From positions 1,364,001-1,428,000 of the forward strand of contig MU008169.1 of NCBI GenBank assembly GCA_010909165.1: 64,000 bases of DNA, read 5' to 3'. The DNA is from Anthoceros angustus (Eukaryota > Plantae > Anthocerotophyta). Every line of letters begins with the position of its first letter. Within the stretch, counting starts at the first letter, position 1. A model generated the notes under the pieces. It saw only the letters and a list, made by a program, of their open reading frames with translations. It did not search any database and was not told the origin of the DNA. This document shows positions 60,379 to 64,000 of this stretch, in pieces. Both the position numbers and the translations under genes were made by a program.

Positions 60379-63300
60379 GTGTCCCTAGCTCTGACAAGTG
60401 ATCTTTGACGCATGTGCCACCGTAGAGATCAATGCTAAGGGGCCGGCCCGGCAGCCGCGCCCTCCCAACATGCCACAATAAAGCAGGCGGCCGGCAAGTA
60501 CCCTCCCCCTAACAGCACTGGCATGTTTGGGGCGTGTTGCTTGTAGGGACAAGGGAGGGCAACCTCAGCGGGGCCTTGCCCATGTAGGCCACAGGCGGCT
60601 TGACGCCCGAGGAAAGTAACGACCACCACCTTAGTGGACCTTGAGCCGGCAGGTCCTCCTAGCGAGCATACCACCAAGCCATAGTGAACCCAGCGCCGAC
60701 CCGGCTTACGATGGCACTAACTTTCCTCATGGAGCGCAACCGTCCAATTCTGCAAAAAGGGATTGAGTAGCAGGTTCCTGAGACTTGGTGATGGCAGTAT
60801 GCGGCCGTATGGATCTATGACACTTAGGCGCGGTGAGTGGGCTTGATGGACAAGGCGCGCCCTCCCCCTAACACCTGTCCCGACCATGGACAAGCATGGG
60901 GTGAGAGAAATGGGTGAAGGAGGCCATGCAAAACCATGAAGCGGGGCAGCTGGACTCAGGCTGTCCTGTTCGGCCGAAATTTTAGTCTTGACAAGGCATG
61001 AGCTATAGTCTTAGCGCCTCGAGGAGACGAAGGAGCAAGTTGTGGGACTGGTGCACAGCAGCACGTTGGCCGGGGGAGAAATAAGTGTAGTTAATGACCG
61101 ATGTATCTCTGAAACATTCCAGGACACGGTGTCAAGTCGCAACGCAAGCTCGACACGTATCGCTGCCTAAGAAGCGGGACACGCAATTTGTTTGACCATT
61201 CTAAGGATACTTGCATGAAGAAATATTGTCAGGGAGGGAGGACACTGGGAAAACCGAGCATGGTGGATGAAGGAGTGGGAAGATTCATTTGACAAGGCTC
61301 GGATGGAGGTGAGAGGAGCGGAAGGGTTTGAGCCATCAGTCTAAAGAAATCGCAGCAAAGAAGTAGCCAAAAAGCGGGATGGAATTACGGTTCCATGAGG
61401 AGAGAGGAGGCGTCGCTAAGGTTGAACGCGGTGGTGAGGGTTTGAGAATCGGCTTTGGATGAGGCTAAGCGGAAGAAGCAGGCTGGAGTATGGGAGGATG
61501 AAGAGGACGATTTCCATCGACCTTTGTGTGCGGAATCAGTGCGACTAGTGGGTGAGTTACGTGCGGAGTTTGTCATGTTGCCCACATGAATGGTATGCTT
61601 GACAAGGCGAGCAAGCAGAGATGGAGGGAGTTATTACAAGCGAGCAACTTAAAGTAGGAAGGCATACCATTTGCTTAATGACATTGAATTGGAGATGGAT
61701 CCCATCAAGATATGGCCTTTCGTTGGCCGTGGTACAAGGGGTGGGAGGCGGCCGGTGTTGGTACGCGTGCACGTGGATGATGTGGGCCGTGGACGGCTAG
61801 GAAGGAATGCCGATGCGGATAGCGGAAGGGGCCCAGGTACTGGAGGACGGAGTGCGGGACTCACGACCATTGAAAGGAAGAGGACTCCGGCGACGATACA
61901 AACGATTTTCCAGCGGTGAAGTGTTCCACCAGAAATTGCAGTCATGAGAAAAATAAACGCTGTAAGCTGACCCTACTAGGCATTGAGCAGCCCGTGATTA
62001 ACTGCAAGAGCATTGGCAGGCCCCACCTGTGTACTCCACGATCGCCCGTAGTCTCACGGAGCAGACTTGAAATCACGTCTTTTTATCACGAATGGTATGA
62101 ATGGAAGCCTCAGGAGGCAGGGTATCGCGTGGGCGAGCAAACAGCGGCTTATCAAAGTGGAGGGGCACGAAGGATCATTCTTAGGAAAGGCCATGTTTGC
62201 TTGATGACAGGTGGATTGGCCTCGTTGGGATCGAGAGATGGATTAATGACGCGTTGAATCCCCGCTAGCAGAGGAACAATGAGATGTGGAGGCGAGGTGT
62301 TTGTGGTGGACCGGAGGGGCAGTCCGTCACCGAGGGTACCTTGTGTGCGGCACAGCGATGCCAAAAGGCCGGGGAGTAGGAGGAGGCGGGTGGCGGGGCG
62401 AGAGTGGATCACTCCGTCGCGGCCATGCTGGGGCGGGGCCAAGCGTCACTAGCGAGTGAGAGATGTCGAGGGGAAGAGACACTGAAGAGGTCAATGAGTC
62501 GGGGCATCATGGGTACCTTTATTATGGAGCAAGGTCGATTGGCCGTCTGAGGGAAGGCGCGGTAGCGCCTGGGGGCCTAGCGAATGAATTTGGTTAGGGT
62601 CTTTGCCAGGGCTGGACCTAAGAGAGCTTTCCGGAAGTTGTGGGTGGCGATCCCATTCGATAGGCCATCTTAGGACACATATCACGAGGCTATGATGCCC
62701 CTAATAACAAAGGCGGTGTGCCCACCCGCAGAGATAATTCACAGTTTGAGATCCCCACCATTTGCACATGGGCTAGTTGGAGACGTCCGATTAGCGGGCG
62801 GGGAGTGCGAGGCGCCCTAGGGGTGGGCAGCTTGCTCATACTGGGGAGGAAGGGTGATGAGCAACTGTACAAAGGAGGAGGAAACCAAGGATTAGGCGTA
62901 GGGGTGCAGGCTTGTAAATGACCTGTAATGGGGTTCTTCTTGCGCTTCACCTTGTTCTTACAGTTGTGTCCCGAATAGAGAGTGTTGAGGGATCGTTGGA
63001 AGCCAGGAGGCGTGAGGGAGAGAAGAATTGAGAGAGAAGGGTCGGTGAAGGAGGGTCCAGAAGTTATCTGTGGCATGCGAGGTGTGAGAGGAGTGGAAAG
63101 AAGGAACATGGGGGAACAATGGGGGATTGGTATGTGGGGTGGCTGAAATCACCGATGCACTGTGAAAAGGTGCACATAGGAACAATGGCTACTGGAGAAA
63201 ATAGTGTGTGCGTGGCGCCCTTTGTTGTGTGTGTGTGTGTGTGTGTGTGGGGAACGGGTGTGTGATAACCTAGGAACTTAGTTTCACAAGTCGGCTGAGC

Positions 63301-63688
63301 ATAGGCTAGTGCGAGGAATAAAAACCCGCCCGTGAGTGGAGAGAGCCACTGCGTGAAAGCTGATGGCGCGCGTAGAGAGAGGAGGTGCTAGGGTTTGGTG
63401 TGGGACCCACCATGGTAGTTGTAACCACTACCCGGTGGTGGGAGAGCCACCGTGGTAGTACTGGGGCGGGAGGTCGTGGAATGCGCTCGGTAGTTGGCTA
63501 ATGTCGGTGTGATGGTTGAGTAGATGAAGGAGAGGGTATAGCCAAGTCCAACTAGGGCAAGGTCAATAGTGATAGAAGTTAACGTCTCTTGGCACAAACC
63601 ATTCCTTGGGAAGATCCTAGCCTACAGCGACATTGAGAGTAAATTCGGGACCTCTCTGGTGTCCTTAGACACAAGTTCACACTCCACA
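60379..63688 (+). repeat. Probable 3' remainder of the element A LTR
   Basis: 62720-63688 is homologous to the last ~1 kb of the B LTRs, including the (GT)n tract, and ends CTCCACA. Joined to 46928-47494 it gives ~3.88 kb, similar to the B LTR length. Confidence 0.65.
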
Positions 63689-64000
63689 AAGACATGATTA
63701 CAACTGTGAGAAAAGTAGCCGACGCCAAGGGAAGGGAAGGAAATGAACCATGACTAAGAAAACCAAAAGTGTCATCCGAATCATGGAATTTAGTGCCCAC
63801 CGGTTTTCCCCGTTAGTTGTATATCTGTAAGCAGACGGTCTGGCCTTGCAGTATTCCACTTTGTATATTCAAATGGCTTCAAATATTATGTTGTTCCCGA
63901 GGCAAAGAGTGGATTTCTTGTTGAGAACAACTTGACAGGATTGTTCCATCGCATTCATGCATCTCTTCACTTAGCTCCGCCAGCGGGCTAAGATGAGCAT

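Noticed and set aside
47500-63700. Numerous 60-150-aa ORFs within the Gypsy LTRs
   Set aside because: Frames are not conserved between the LTR copies; such ORFs are expected by chance at this GC content.
1-64000. rRNA, tRNA or prokaryote-type systems
   Set aside because: None recognised; tRNA-complementary sequence is limited to the retrotransposon PBSs.

Overview
Eukaryotic nuclear DNA from a land plant; short GT-AG introns and the pullulanase domain content suggest a non-seed lineage (inference). A compact gene island at ~29-42 kb holds two intact multi-exon genes: a plastid pullulanase/limit dextrinase with an extra N-terminal CBM41-like domain, and a PRT1-type RING-RING-ZZ E3 ligase. Transposon nests flank the island. 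Left nest: a Ty1/Copia element (5712-20288, minus strand, 183-bp LTRs) with one extra ORF before gag and an antisense ORF after pol. A TIR element with 5'-AACAYGATAATTTT ends and a 4-bp TSD interrupts that antisense ORF, and itself contains a CACTA element. A second copy of this TIR family, with its own 4-bp TSD, lies at 25846-27594. Right nest: an Athila-like non-chromoviral Gypsy element with ~3.6-kb LTRs (47495-60378), apparently inserted in the 3' LTR of a related element. Three ~1.5-1.65-kb tandem duplications and a 15-bp modular repeat family are also present. The best novelty candidate is the AAC-TIR / 4-bp-TSD transposon family, then the Copia with two accessory ORFs. All coordinates and counts were read by hand with no database search; repeat copies carry many small indels that may be assembly noise.
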